Below are positions 10,844-24,132 of a stretch of DNA of 64,000 bases, one piece after another. Source of the DNA: an uncultured Gemmatimonadaceae bacterium (GTDB lineage: Bacteria; Gemmatimonadota; Gemmatimonadetes; Gemmatimonadales; Gemmatimonadaceae); NCBI GenBank assembly GCA_963843845.1, contig CAWJMB010000002.1, positions 1,984,001 through 2,048,000 on the forward strand. The letters run 5' to 3'. The translations under genes were made by a program, and so were the position numbers. How positions within the stretch are numbered: position 1 is the stretch's first letter; every line of letters begins with the position of its first letter. Under the pieces are notes generated by a model. It saw nothing but the letters and a program-made list of their open reading frames with translations. It had not been told where the DNA came from and made no database searches.

Positions 10844-11782
10844 CTAGGGGGTGCGCCGCGACGCACCGTATGCGAGAAAGGCGGCGCCCGGAAGCACCTC
10901 GAGCACCGTGAGCGAAAGTCGTGAGGCGAGCACGAGCAACCACGCGTCGGCCGTCGTGACCGTCCCGAGCTGCCCGAGCGCGAGGACCAGCGCGGTCTCC
11001 CGCACTCCCAGGCCGGCCGGTGTCACAACCGCAAGCAGGCCAGCAAGATAGCCTGCCGCGTAGATAGCCGTGAAGGCGAGCCAGCCGGTAGGCACGTCGG
11101 GCAGGAGCGACAGCGCGAGCGAGCGGAACGCCAGCCCGTACAGCAACCAGGCGACGAGATTGGCGGTCACCGCGGTCGCGAGCACCCCGAGGGGCATCGG
11201 CGGTAACGTGACGGGTCGCCGGACGACCCGGCTCACCGCGGTCGCGAGCGGACGGACGAGAAGTGGGAGCGCGACCAGCACGGCCGCGGCGGCGACGCCG
11301 ATCACCGGCACCATCCACGGAGCGACCCGCGACGAGAGTGCCGGAAGGAGCCGCGCGCCGAGCACCGCGACGACGACGAACCCGGCGACGAGATTGAGTA
11401 GCGTGCCCAGGACAGCCGCGCCCGCCGCGGCCGCGGGCGGGACTCCGGCCCGTCTCCCCAGCAGGGCGAGCGCGCCGGTCGACGCGACGGCCTGGCCCGG
11501 CGTGTAGCGTGCGAGATTGGAAACGCTCCAGATCCGCGCCGCCTCGAGGAACGGGAGCCGCTTGCCCCACGCACTGACCAGCGTACGCCACGCGTGAATC
11601 TGCACGCCGTAGACGGCGAGCACGGCCATGCACGACGCGACGAGCGGCAGCGCGCGGGGACGCACCGACCGCGCGGCACTGCCTAACGCAGTCCACTGCG
11701 TTCGCAGCGCGATCGACACGAGCGCCCCGAGTGCGACGAGTGCGACGAGTTGAAGCAGCCGCTTCCACCCCGCTCGGCTCAT
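10844..11782 (-). CDS. Flippase-like membrane protein (UPF0104 / lysylphosphatidylglycerol synthase TM domain)
   Basis: SNLARYTPG and TPAGLGVRE motifs with about 8 hydrophobic segments. Confidence 0.8.
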   Translation of the reverse strand: MSRAGWKRLLQLVALVALGALVSIALRTQWTALGSAARSVRPRALPLVASCMAVLAVYGVQIHAWRTLVSAWGKRLPFLEAARIWSVSNLARYTPGQAVASTGALALLGRRAGVPPAAAAGAAVLGTLLNLVAGFVVVAVLGARLLPALSSRVAPWMVPVIGVAAAAVLVALPLLVRPLATAVSRVVRRPVTLPPMPLGVLATAVTANLVAWLLYGLAFRSLALSLLPDVPTGWLAFTAIYAAGYLAGLLAVVTPAGLGVRETALVLALGQLGTVTTADAWLLVLASRLSLTVLEVLPGAAFLAYGASRRTP

Positions 11783-12953
11783 CTCGTCTCGCCGTCGCGC
11801 CGCAGGGCGCGCGCGTAGATCTCCGCGTACCGTCGGGCCACGGACGCGGGCGAAAATCGCTCGATCACGTCGCGATGACCCGCGGCGCCGAGTCGCGCGG
11901 CGAGGTCGGCATGTGCGAGAACGCGATCGAGGGAGGCGGCGAGTGCCGCGACGTCGCCAGGGGGGGCGAGGAGCCCGCTCCGACCGTCGACCACGAGGTC
12001 CGTCAGCCCCCCGGATGCGAATGCGACGACCGGCGTTCCGCATGCCTGTGCCTCGGCGGCGACGAGACCGAGCCCCTCCCCGATCGACGGGACGACCAGC
12101 GCTGACGCGGCGCGGTAGTGGTCGACGAGCTGTGCCTGCGTCTGCGAGGGAAGCCAGACGATGCGCTCGAGCACACCGAGCTCGCCGGCGAGCGAACGCA
12201 ACGAGGCGGCGTCCGGCCCATCGCCGACGACGGTGAGCCGTGCGCTCGTTCGCTGCTGCGCGAGCGCGCGCAGCAGGTCCGCCAATCCCTTCTGTATGTT
12301 GAGGCGGCCGACGAAGAGCAGCCCATCGCGCGGTCGATCGATCCGGCGTGAACCGGGAGACGTCGATCGGCATCGGCGCCACGGCGACGGGCCCGAGTGC
12401 GACGAGCGCGCGCGCCTGCTCGAGCAGCCATCGCGAGACGAACGTGTACGCCGTCGCACGGGCCGCGACGCGCGCGAGCATCGGACGCGCGCCACGCGTC
12501 GGTCATCGCGAGGCGCACATCGGATCCGTGGCTCGTCACGACGAGTGGCACGGTGCCTAACGTCCCGGGCAGCGACGCCGAGACGCCCGAGGGAAACCAC
12601 CAGTGTGCGTGTACCGCGTCGGGCGTCCACTGCCTACGTTCGTGGCGGAGCGCGATCGCCGCCGCGACGAGCATGCCGCCGAGTGCCCCCCGTGCGCGCC
12701 ACGACGTCGAGACGTCCGCCGCCATGTTGCCGGTGTACGCGATCGTCTCGAACGGTCGCGGCGCATACCGGAATCTTCGCACGTCGACGCCGTCGATCGT
12801 GTCGCGCGCCGGGTAGCCGGGCGCCGATGGGGCGAGGACTCGTGCCTCTACCGCCGCGTGATCGCGCAGCGCCGTGGCGAGGCGTAGTAGGAACGAGCCG
12901 GAGACGTCGCCGGCGTAGCGCGGAAAGTTGTGCGTGAGGAAGAGAATGCGCAC
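11779..12953 (-). CDS. GT4 glycosyltransferase (frameshifted)
   Basis: MRILFLTHNFP, HAHWWFP, LLFVGRL..QKG, EGLGLVAAEAQACGTPVV. Confidence 0.88.
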
Positions 12954-12983
12954 CGACGATGGGGTGCGAGACGCGTACGGTGC

Positions 12984-14020
12984 CTAACGTTCGTAGCGCT
13001 CGGCGACCACACGATCTGCGACCGCGGGCTCGGCGGCGTACCGCGACGCGTCGAGCTCGCGGCGCAGCTCGGCGAGCTCCGCGCGCTGGCCGGCGATCAT
13101 CTCGCCCAACACGCCGGTCGCGAGGAACACGATGCCGACGATGACCGAGGTCGTCACGACCGTCCACACGGCGCGGAGCCCCTCGCCCGTGGCGAACAGC
13201 CACGCGAGCGCCACGACCCCGGCGACGACGCCGATCAGGAGCAGCACGGCGCCGAGCATGCCGAACAGGAGCAGTGGCTTCCGACCGAAGCGGAGCTCGA
13301 ACCACACCGCGAGCATGTCGAGCACGCCGACGGGGATACGTCCGATGCCGAACTTCGAACGGCCCGCGTGGCGCGGGTAGAGCGGAACGGGAACCTCGCT
13401 GACCGAGTATCCCTGCGACGCGGCCAGCACGATCATGTAGCGATGCCAGTCCGGCCGGAGCGGCAAGCCCGCCATCACTTCACGGCGGTAGGCCTTCACG
13501 TTGTTCAGGTCGCGGACGGACACCTGGAAGAGTGACCGACTGAGCCGGTTGTACACGCGCGATACGAACGCCTTCTCGTACTTTCCCTGCTTGTAGCCGG
13601 TGACCATGTCGCTCTCCCCGCGGAGGATCGGCGCGACGAGCGCGGGATGTCTTCGGGCTTGAACTGCAGATCGGCGGGGTAGAACACGAGCACGTCCCCG
13701 CGTGCAGCGTTGTAGCCGGTGCGGAGGGCGTCTGCGATGCCGCGACGCGTGCGATGCCGCACCACACGCAGAAACGGGTACTGCTCGCTCAAGCGCCGCA
13801 GAACCGCCGGCGTCGCGTCGACGCTCCCGTCATCGACGACGACGACTTCGTAGCGCACGCCGAGGTCGGTGCGGAACGCGGCGTCGGCGAGCTCCATGAA
13901 CAGGGGCAGGTTCTCGGCTTCGTCCTTCGCCGGGACGAGGACGCTCACGTCGACCGGCGACGCGCTGCCGGACCAAGTGGGCACGCTCGCACCGACGACG
14001 TCACCGAGGGCCGCGCTCAT
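12984..14020 (-). CDS. GT2 glycosyltransferase, ArnC/GtrB-like with two C-terminal TMs (frameshift near 13630)
   Basis: VLVPAKDEAENL, VVDDGSVD, PADLQF, YPRHAGRSKF and C-terminal TM pair. Confidence 0.85.
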
Positions 14021-15493
14021 ACCCGCTTGCGCATCCGGGCGGAGAGTACGCCGAGCTGGTCGCGGTACTTCGCCACCGTACGCCGCGCGATGTGCACGCC
14101 GCTCTTCTTCAGGATGTTGACGATCGCCTGATCGGTGAGCGGATGCTTCGGGTCCTCGTTCTGCACGAGCTTCTGGATCTGATCCTTGATGCCGCGCGCC
14201 GAGACGTCCTCGCCGTCGGTCGTCGAGAGGCCGGACGAGAAGAAGAACTTGAGCGGGAGCACGCCGCGCGGCGTCTGCACGAACTTCTCGTTCGTCACGC
14301 GGCTCACCGTGCTCTCGTGCATGTTGATGACTTCCGCGACCTCGCGCAGCGTCAGCGGCTTGAGGAACTGCACGCCCTTCTCGAAGAAGTCGCGCTGCCG
14401 GTCGACGATGTAGTTCATGACCTTCAGCATCGTCTGCCGGCGCTGCTCGATCGCCTGAATCATCCAGTTCGCGGAGTTCAGCTTGTTCGAGATGAACTCC
14501 TTGTTCTCGCCCTCGAACTTCTTCTTGTCGCGCGCGATCTCCTGATACGCCTTCGACAGCTTGAGGCGCGGCAGGTTCGCGTCGTTCAGGAAGACGTGAT
14601 ACTGGCCGTCGATCTTCTCGACGATGAGGTCGGGGATGATGTAGTTGTCGCCCGCGGCGCTGTAGAGCAGCCCCGGCTTCGGGTCGAGCTTCGCGATCTC
14701 GTCGGCCGCCTTCTGCACGTCGCTCGGGCTGATGCCGAATCGCTTGGAGATCTCGCTCCAGCGGTGCGCGATCAGCTCGTCGAAGCAGTCGCGGACGAGG
14801 CGGTACGGCACGCTGTGCTCGAGTCCCGCATCCTTGAGCTGCAGCATGAGGCATTCGCGCAGGTCGCGCGCGCCGACGCCCGGCGGATCGAGCGCCTGCA
14901 CGGTCGCGGAGCATCTCGTCGCCTTCGTCCAGCGTGTAGTACGGCGCGTCGTCGACGTCGCGGCCGCGTCTCCTCCGCGGCGTGCCGGATCACGTCGTTG
15001 ATGCCGGCGAGGATGTCCTCGAGCGAGCAGTCGAGATAGCCGTCCTCGTTGATGTTGCCGAGGAACTCGTCGGCGAGCATGCAGCTGCCGCGGGTTGAGA
15101 TCGAGCAGCGTGATCTGGTCGCGCAGATGATCGCCGAGGTCGCGCTCGGCGACGGTGACGGGCTCGTAGTACTCCTTCTCCTCGTGCTCCTCGCGGCGGC
15201 CGCCCGCGTCGAAGCCGTCGAGCAGGATGTTCTCCCAGTCGATCTCGTTCTCGTCCTCCTTCGCTTCCTGTCTGCGTTCCTCTTCCGTCGGTCTCGGTCG
15301 ACTCGCCGCCGTCCTCCTCCTCGTCCTCCTCCGGCTCGACCAGGTCGAGGAAGGGATTGTTCAGCAGCTCCTGCTTGAGGTGCTGCTGGAGGTCGAGCAG
15401 CGGCATGTAGAGCAGATCCATCGCCTGGTACAGGCGCGGATTGATCTTGAGCTCCTGCTTGAGCTGCGTGCTCTGATTGAGACCTGCCTTCAT
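14017..15493 (-). CDS. rpoN: RNA polymerase sigma-54 factor (frameshifted)
   Basis: Gln/Leu-rich region [26 protein letters not shown], RpoN box [10 protein letters not shown]. Confidence 0.96.
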
Positions 15494-16762
15494 CGCACCT
15501 GTTCCTGCTGTCGCTGTCGTCCGACGCGAATCGCTCGCGCAGCCGCGCCGTGAGGGTCGGGCCGAGGTAGATCTCGGCCACCGTGTCGTCGAACACGAGA
15601 TCGCGCACGGTGCCGCTGACCTTCACCTGGCCGTCGAACATAATGTACGCGCGATCGACGATGTCGAGCGTCTGCTCGACGTTGTGGTCGCTGATGAGGA
15701 CGCCGATGCCGCGGTGGCGCAGATCGGCGACGATGGTCTGGATGTCGTGCACGGCGATCGGGTCGACGCCGGCGAACGGCTCGTCGAGCATCATGAACTT
15801 CGGCCGCGTCACGAGCGCGCGGGTGATCTCGAGCCGGCGGCGCTCGCCGCCCGAGAGCTGATACGCCTTGCTGTCGCGCAGGTGCTTGATGCTTCAGCTC
15901 GTCGAGCAGCGTCTCGAGTCGCTCGTCGCGCTCCCGCCGCGAGATCGGCAGCGTCTCGAGGATCGCGAGGATGTTGTCCTCGACCGAGAGCTTCCGGAAG
16001 ATCGACGGCTCCTGCGACAGATAGCCGATCCCGCGCCGCGCGCGCTGGTACATCGGCATGCTCGGTGATGTCCTCGCCGTCGAGGAGGATGCGGCCCGCA
16101 TTCGGCGCGATGAGGCCGACGATCATGTAGAAGGTCGTCGTCTTCCCCGCGCCGTTCGGGCCCAGCAGGCCGACGATCTCGCCCTGCTGCAAGCGGAGGG
16201 CCACATCGTCGACGACGTGCCGGCGCCGGTAGATCTTCACGAGGCCGCGCGCCTCGAGCACGCTCCCGCCGTCGTGCGTGTCGGTCGCACGAGCCGGCGT
16301 CGACGCTCGCTCGTCCGGCTGCCGCGGAACGTGATGCTCGCCTGTCGCGAGCAGTCGCGCGGCGATCTTCGTGCGATGTTCTCGGATGCGCGCCCACACG
16401 CGGCCGTCGACGTCGACCCGCTCGACCGTGTGGTCGGCCTCGCGTGTGAGCGTGACGAGCCGCACGCCTTCGAGTCGCGGAAGTACGGAGGCGCGGAGAT
16501 GCTCGCGGACTTCGTCGAGGCTGAGGCGCCCGGACTCCTGGTCCGCATCGCCCCCGTCATGCCGAACGGCGGCGAGGTGGTCGTCGCGGTAGCGGCGCGC
16601 GACGTCGTCGAACGAGGCGCGTCCGACGTCGTCGGCGGACACGATCACCGAGTGAAGCGCGAGCGCGGCGGAGCGATCGCCGGCCGCGCCTAACGACGCG
16701 AGCAGCTCGCTCGCGATGTCGCCGTGCCCGTCGCGGCGGTCGGTCGGATCGACGTCGATCAT
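15490..16762 (-). CDS. lptB: LPS export ABC transporter ATPase LptB with long N-terminal extension (frameshifted)
   Basis: [46 protein letters not shown]; canonical position upstream of rpoN. Confidence 0.92.
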
Positions 16763-18477
16763 CGCCCGCCTCGCGCGGCAGAGCGGTCGATCGAGCGCGA
16801 GCGGTCGCGAAGCGTGACGCCGACGAGCGAGCGGTCGTGCACAGTGTCTTGCGTCGGACGTCGCGCCGGCGTCGGCTGGCGCGCCGGCTGGAGCCCGCGC
16901 GTGCGCGTCCCCGTCGTGTCGGCGGTCGAGTCCACAGCTTCGAGGTAGAGTCCGCGTGCGGAATCGACGACGGTCACGGTCTGGAGCTGGCCGCTGTCGA
17001 ACACGGCCGTGATGAGGCGACCCTGCACGTAGTTGAAGCCCTGCGGCGCCTCACGCCCGCGGGTGGACGCGATCTGGAAGAGCGAGCTCGCGTTGCCGCT
17101 CGCGACGATCTGACGGAGCGGCGGGTTCTTCGTCGTGTCCTGCGTCGCGAGCAGCGTGTCGAAGCGCGCGACGATGGTGTCGCCGGCGAGGCGGTCGCGC
17201 TCCTTCGAGACGATTTTCGTCGAGTCGGGGAGCGAGCGAACGACGGCGCGGCGGACGGCGTGCAGCTCGCGAATGCGCTGGTTCGGCAACTGCGCGTCGA
17301 TCGAGTCGGCGACGACGTCCCGATCGGGGGAGACGGCGATCGCGCGCGACGGCCCCCACGCGAAGGCGCGTTCGATGCGACTGTCGCGCACGCGCAGGTC
17401 GATCGTGTCCGACTTGAGATCGAGATCGTCGCTGACGACGCGTGACGCCCCCTGCGACCGGACGCGCGTCAGCTCCCGGTCGCGCGAGTACAGGTCGATG
17501 CGCGTGCCGCTCAACGTGAACGGCCGCCCGCGCTGTCCGATGATCTCGGCGTTGTCGATGAGGCGCGCGAGCTCGGCGCCCTGGTCGAACGTGGCGGAGT
17601 CGGACCGCGATCGGACGTCGCTGCGAACGACTTCGACCTGACCCGACGCGAAGATCAGACTGTCCCCCTCGTCGACGATCGTGTTCGCGATGATCGTCGC
17701 CGTGTCGCGCGCCGCGGAGTCGCGCGTCGCCCCGCGCGCGGTACGTGCGACGTTCGTGCTGCCGGTGTCCTTCGCGGCCGTCGTGACGACGCGGAGCGTC
17801 GGTCGGCCGATCGCCGTCAGGCGCGCGCGGTCGCGGATTGCCGGTGCGTCGCGCAGATACTCGACGTTGGGTCCGGTCATCGTGGTGCCGGTCGGCATCG
17901 TCACGACGACGTTGCCTTCGGCGAGGATACGCTCGTCGCTCGTGAAGTACGTCAACCGGTTCGACGTCAGGCGCGCGCGGCGTGGCTCGTCGTACTTCAC
18001 GTTGCCGAGCAGGATCAACTGACGATTCGTGCCGTAGTACTCGGCGCTGTCCGACTGAAGTCGGTTGCGAACTCCCGAGCAGTTCGCGATGACGCCGCCG
18101 CCGATGTACGTGATCGGCTGGCCCGCCGCGTCGGTGTAGCTCGTCGCGTGCGTCGTGGGGGTGGGCGTGAACGTCACGTCGCCGCATCGCGACGTCGGGT
18201 CGTTCGCGTTCCGGCGACGCGCGCGCGGTGCCGGTCGCGCGCTGTCGTTCGCCGCGGCGCGGGCCGTGTCGCGGGCGATCGAGTCGTCGGGCACGGCGAC
18301 CGGCGGCGTGCGCGGCGTGGCCGTGTCGCCCGGAGGAGCCGCAACCCGAGCGCTATCGATCGTTGGCCGCGGTCGCGACGGACCACGCGCCGCACGCGAG
18401 CACGCGCCGAAGGCGAATGCCGCGACGAGCGTGAGGCACGCGCCGGCGGCGCGAGTCTTCGCACGAGAGTGGGTCAT
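16759..18477 (-). CDS. LptA/OstA-like beta-jellyroll LPS transport protein, 572 aa
   Basis: Repeated OstA-like strands ([37 protein letters not shown]); lies between lptC and lptB. Confidence 0.75.
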   Translation of the reverse strand: MTHSRAKTRAAGACLTLVAAFAFGACSRAARGPSRPRPTIDSARVAAPPGDTATPRTPPVAVPDDSIARDTARAAANDSARPAPRARRRNANDPTSRCGDVTFTPTPTTHATSYTDAAGQPITYIGGGVIANCSGVRNRLQSDSAEYYGTNRQLILLGNVKYDEPRRARLTSNRLTYFTSDERILAEGNVVVTMPTGTTMTGPNVEYLRDAPAIRDRARLTAIGRPTLRVVTTAAKDTGSTNVARTARGATRDSAARDTATIIANTIVDEGDSLIFASGQVEVVRSDVRSRSDSATFDQGAELARLIDNAEIIGQRGRPFTLSGTRIDLYSRDRELTRVRSQGASRVVSDDLDLKSDTIDLRVRDSRIERAFAWGPSRAIAVSPDRDVVADSIDAQLPNQRIRELHAVRRAVVRSLPDSTKIVSKERDRLAGDTIVARFDTLLATQDTTKNPPLRQIVASGNASSLFQIASTRGREAPQGFNYVQGRLITAVFDSGQLQTVTVVDSARGLYLEAVDSTADTTGTRTRGLQPARQPTPARRPTQDTVHDRSLVGVTLRDRSRSIDRSAARGGR

Positions 18478-19067
18478 CGACGCTCTGCCCGGGCCGGCGT
18501 CGTCACCGGGCGGACGACACCGCCGGCGCCCTTGAGCACCGTCACGTTCCGCAGCTGCGGATCGGATCGGAATCCGATTCCCGAGAGCGTACCGCGCGGC
18601 TGCGTGAACACGAAGCTCGTGTCGCTCGAGATCTGATTGGCGCCGCGATCGTACGTGACGTGCGGCGACGTCAGCTTGCGCCCGTCGACACTCGTCACGA
18701 CGACATCGCCGCGCGCGTCGAGCACCTGCGTCCGCTGATCGAGCGCGCCGCGCTGCGCGACCATCGTGCCGTTCTTCGCACCGTCGCGCGTGTAGAACAC
18801 CGTGTTCACGCGGCGGAGGTCGATTCGATTGCCCTGCTCGTAGAACAGCGCGGTGTCGGCATCCAGGTCCGCACGACGAATCCCCCCCGCCGTGAGCGCG
18901 TGCCGCATGCCGAACATGATCTGGTCGGCCGAGTCGGGCAGCTCGCTACGGCGTGCGGTGGGCGGGGCCGCCGCGTCGCGACACGCGCCGAAGCCGATCG
19001 CGGTCGCGGCGGCGATCGCGGCGATCGTCGCGCGCCGCGACGCCCGTCGCATCGGCGCCGGCTTCAT
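18474..19067 (-). CDS. lptC: LPS export protein LptC
   Basis: LDADTALFY, ARGDVVVTS.DG.KL, YDRGANQISSD, LSGIGFRSD; position after kdsD/kdsC. Confidence 0.8.
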   Translation of the reverse strand: MKPAPMRRASRRATIAAIAAATAIGFGACRDAAAPPTARRSELPDSADQIMFGMRHALTAGGIRRADLDADTALFYEQGNRIDLRRVNTVFYTRDGAKNGTMVAQRGALDQRTQVLDARGDVVVTSVDGRKLTSPHVTYDRGANQISSDTSFVFTQPRGTLSGIGFRSDPQLRNVTVLKGAGGVVRPVTTPARAERR

Positions 19068-20086
19068 ACCGCCAACGCTCGCATGAGATCGTGCAGGTGC
19101 ACGACGCCGACGATGCGATCCGCGTCGTCGACGACGGGCATCGCGACGATCCCGATCTGTTCCATGCGGAAGACGACCGAACTCGCCAGCTCGTCGTCGC
19201 GCGCGGACTTCGCGCTGCGGTTCATCAGATCACCGACCCGACGCTCCAGGAACCGATCGTCGCGGTTCACCTGCCGCGTGAAGTCGCCGGTCGTGAATAC
19301 GCCTGCGACGCGACGATCCTCGTCGACCACGACCGCGATGCCACGGCGTCTCGCGAGCGTCACTACGACCGTGCGAAGCGAATCGGCAGGTCTCACCGTC
19401 GGCAGGTCGTCGGTCAGCATGACGTCGCATACCCGGGTCAGCAGCTTTCGGCCGAGGGCGCCGCCAGGGTGCAACCGCGCGAAGTCTTCGCTCCGAAAGC
19501 CTTTCGCCTCGAGCAGGGCGACGGCGAGCGCGTCGCCGAGCGCGAGTGCGGCCGTCGTGCTCGTCGTCGGTGCCAGATCGTGCGGACACGCCTCGGCGTC
19601 GACCGACGCGTCCAGCGCCACGTCCACGTGGCGTCCCAGCGTCGAGTCGATACAGCCGGTGATCGCGATCGTCCGCACGCCGGTCCGCTCGAAGTGCTCG
19701 AGCAGCGGCAGCAGCTCGACCGTCTCGCCGCTTTTCGAGAGCAGGATCGCTACGTCATCGGCGCCGACGATCCCCAAGTCGCCATGCAGACTCTCGACCG
19801 GATGCAGGAACGTCGCCGGCGTCCCGGTCGACGTGAGCGTCGCCGCGATCTTGCGCGCGATGAGCCCGGACTTGCCGACGCCGCAGACGATCACCCGTCC
19901 CGGCGAGGCCCGCACGATCTCCACGGCCCGCGCGAACGACGCATCGAGTCCGCGCTCGACGCGGTCCAGCGCGTCACGCTCCATGCGCAGTACCCGCCGG
20001 CCAGTGGCCAGCGCACGCGCGCTCTCGGGGCTCGCCGCCGTGACCTCCACGTCCGCCCGGTGCGGAACGACCGCGGCCTCTTTCAC
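19064..20086 (-). CDS. kdsD: Arabinose-5-phosphate isomerase (KpsF/GutQ, SIS + CBS)
   Basis: GVGKSGLIARKIAATLTSTGTPA, HGDLG, APTTSTT, FARLHPGGALG, CBS pair. Confidence 0.94.
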   Translation of the reverse strand: MKEAAVVPHRADVEVTAASPESARALATGRRVLRMERDALDRVERGLDASFARAVEIVRASPGRVIVCGVGKSGLIARKIAATLTSTGTPATFLHPVESLHGDLGIVGADDVAILLSKSGETVELLPLLEHFERTGVRTIAITGCIDSTLGRHVDVALDASVDAEACPHDLAPTTSTTAALALGDALAVALLEAKGFRSEDFARLHPGGALGRKLLTRVCDVMLTDDLPTVRPADSLRTVVVTLARRRGIAVVVDEDRRVAGVFTTGDFTRQVNRDDRFLERRVGDLMNRSAKSARDDELASSVVFRMEQIGIVAMPVVDDADRIVGVVHLHDLMRALAV

Positions 20087-20721
20087 GGAACCACGCCGCT
20101 CGGCTCCTCGTCGCCCGACCGACTCGCGACGTATCGTTCGACGACGTCGTCCCACTCCCCCCGTGCGCGCAGCAGGAGCTCGGCGAACTCCCGCACCGCG
20201 CCTCCGCCGCCCGGGCGGCTCAACGTGCAGGTGTACGCCGTGCGCCACGCGTCGTCGGTCGCGTTCGCGACGACGACCGGCAGTCCGACCGCGCGCAGCA
20301 CCGCCACGTCTGGAAGATCGTCGCCGACGAACGCCATCTCGTCGAATCCGATGCCGCGCTCCCGCGCGATTCGCCGCACGGCGCGCAGCTTCATCGCGCG
20401 GTCATCCTGCACGACGTCGTCGGCCCCCAACTCGGCCGCGCGGAGCCGCACGCTCTCGGACACGCGCCCCGTCACGACGCCGATGCGAATGCCGGCCATT
20501 CGCAGCAGTAGCACCCCGAGCCCGTCCTGAATGTCGTAGCGCTTGAACTCGAGCCGCTGGCCGGCCACGTCTCCCAGGTACACGCCGCCGTCGGTGAGGA
20601 CGCCGTCGACGTCGAAGCCCACCCAGCGGATGCGCCGAGCGATGTCCGGATCGACGCGCGGTGCCGCCGCCCTCGGCGCATTCGCCGCGCCGCTGATCGC
20701 CATGAGTGCTGCGAACGTCAC
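20083..20721 (-). CDS. kdsC: KDO-8-phosphate phosphatase (HAD)
   Basis: DVDGVLTDG, FVGDDLPD, GGGGAVREFAE. Confidence 0.92.
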   Translation of the reverse strand: MTFAALMAISGAANAPRAAAPRVDPDIARRIRWVGFDVDGVLTDGGVYLGDVAGQRLEFKRYDIQDGLGVLLLRMAGIRIGVVTGRVSESVRLRAAELGADDVVQDDRAMKLRAVRRIARERGIGFDEMAFVGDDLPDVAVLRAVGLPVVVANATDDAWRTAYTCTLSRPGGGGAVREFAELLLRARGEWDDVVERYVASRSGDEEPSGVVP

Positions 20722-21560
20722 GCGCGCGCCGCGCTCCAGACTCGTACGGCGCGCGTCACCAGCGCCGCCAGCTCTCCGAGGGGGATCATGTTCGGCCCGT
20801 CGCTCGGCGCGTCGTCGGGGTCGGGGTGCGTCTCGAGGAACAGGCCGTCGACGCCTGCCGCCGCGGCTGCGAGTGTGAGCGTCGGAATGTGTTCGCGCGC
20901 GCCCCCGCTCGCCCCGTTCTCGCCTCGCCCCGGCTGCTGCACGCTGTGGGTTCCGTCGAAGATCACCGGCGCGGCCACCGCGGTACGCATCCGTTCGATG
21001 CTGCGGAAGTCGACGACCAAGTCGCCATAGCCGAAGAACGTGCCGCGTTCCGTGACGGCGACCATCTCGCCCTTCGGCAGGCCGAAGCGGTCGCACCCAC
21101 GTGCGGCTCGCCGCACCTTCTCCACCGCCCCGCGCATCCCCTCGGGATGCATCCACTGCCCCTTCTTGACGTTCACCGGTCGCCCCGTCGCGCCTGCGGC
21201 CTCGAGGAGGTCCGTCTGCCGGCAGAGGAACGCCGGAATCTGCAACACGTCCACGACTTCCGCGGCGGGTGCACACTGTTCCGGCAGGTGCACGTCCGTG
21301 AGGATCGGAAGACCCGTCTCGCGTTTCACGCGCGCGAGCGCCTCGAGTCCGGAGTCGAGGCCGAGCCCGCGCATGGCGCCGGGGTTGGACCGGTTCGCCT
21401 TGTCGAAGCTCGCCTTGAAGATCACCCCGCCCGGCAGGTGCTCGGCGAGGCGCGAGAGCTCGGCGGCGACGCGAAGGTTCAGGTCGTCGTGCTCGAGCTG
21501 GCACGGGCCAGCGATCAGGAACAGCTCGCCGCGGCGAAACGGACTTTCGCAGAAGTTCAT
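20718..21560 (-). CDS. kdsA: KDO-8-phosphate synthase
   Basis: IAGPC, FKASFDKANRS, QIPAFLCRQTDLL, ERGT.FGY.DLVVD, DGTHSVQ. Confidence 0.96.
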   Translation of the reverse strand: MNFCESPFRRGELFLIAGPCQLEHDDLNLRVAAELSRLAEHLPGGVIFKASFDKANRSNPGAMRGLGLDSGLEALARVKRETGLPILTDVHLPEQCAPAAEVVDVLQIPAFLCRQTDLLEAAGATGRPVNVKKGQWMHPEGMRGAVEKVRRAARGCDRFGLPKGEMVAVTERGTFFGYGDLVVDFRSIERMRTAVAAPVIFDGTHSVQQPGRGENGASGGAREHIPTLTLAAAAAGVDGLFLETHPDPDDAPSDGPNMIPLGELAALVTRAVRVWSAARA

Positions 21561-21591
21561 AGCGATCCTCAGGCACGCATCGAGAAAGCGT

Positions 21592-23310
<1,719 letters not shown>

Positions 23311-24132
23311 TTAGTCGGGAGACGGTTCGGCGCGCGAGGTACGCCGGGCTGGCGCGGGGGGCTCGGTGCGGTGCGCGTACCAGGCGGGCCACGCGGCCTC
23401 GGCGCGTGCGAGATCGGCTTCGGTGTCGATGCCTGGCAGCGGGAGCTCATCGATCGTCGCGACGCCCATCGGTATGCCGTGCGCCAGGGGCCGCAGCTGC
23501 TCGAGTCGTTCGACGCGCTCGAGCGGGTGCGGCGGCAGCGCCACCCACGCCGCGAGCGCGTCCCGCGTGTAGGCATAGATGCCGACGTGGCGTCGGACCG
23601 CCGCATCGCGCAGCGCGCGCTCGGTGTCGTCCGCGGGCTCGCGGAGGGACGGGATGGCGGCGCGGGAGAAGTACATCGCCCGACCGTCGTTCGCGACGAC
23701 GACTTTCACGGCATCGGGTTCGGCGAGAATGTGAGGAGCGGCCGGCACGGCGACCGTGCCGAGCGCGAACGCGCCGCTCGTGACGAGGGTAGTTGCGGCG
23801 GTAATCGCCTCGCCACTGGCAAACGGCTCGTCGCCCTGGATATTTACCACGCAGTCGTAGCCGCGTCCGGCCGGCGAGGCGACGACTTCCGCGACGCGGT
23901 CGGTGCCGGACGGATGATCAGCGCGGGTGAGCACGGCGTCGCCTCCGGCGGCCCGGACGACCTCGCAGATCTCGGGCGCGTCGGTTGCAACGATGCAGTG
24001 ATCGCCGAGCCCGAGCTCGATCGCGCGCTGCCACACACGGACGACGAGCGGGCGCCCGCCGAGGAGGCGAAGCGGTTTGCGCGGAAGGCGCGAGGCGCCG
24101 AGGCGCGCCGGGATCACCGCAAGCAATCGCAT
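23311..24132 (-). CDS. kdsB: CMP-KDO synthetase
   Basis: IPARLGASRLPRKPL, SGTDR, NIQGDEP, HVGIYAY, ERLEQLR. Confidence 0.96.
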   Translation of the reverse strand: MRLLAVIPARLGASRLPRKPLRLLGGRPLVVRVWQRAIELGLGDHCIVATDAPEICEVVRAAGGDAVLTRADHPSGTDRVAEVVASPAGRGYDCVVNIQGDEPFASGEAITAATTLVTSGAFALGTVAVPAAPHILAEPDAVKVVVANDGRAMYFSRAAIPSLREPADDTERALRDAAVRRHVGIYAYTRDALAAWVALPPHPLERVERLEQLRPLAHGIPMGVATIDELPLPGIDTEADLARAEAAWPAWYAHRTEPPAPARRTSRAEPSPD

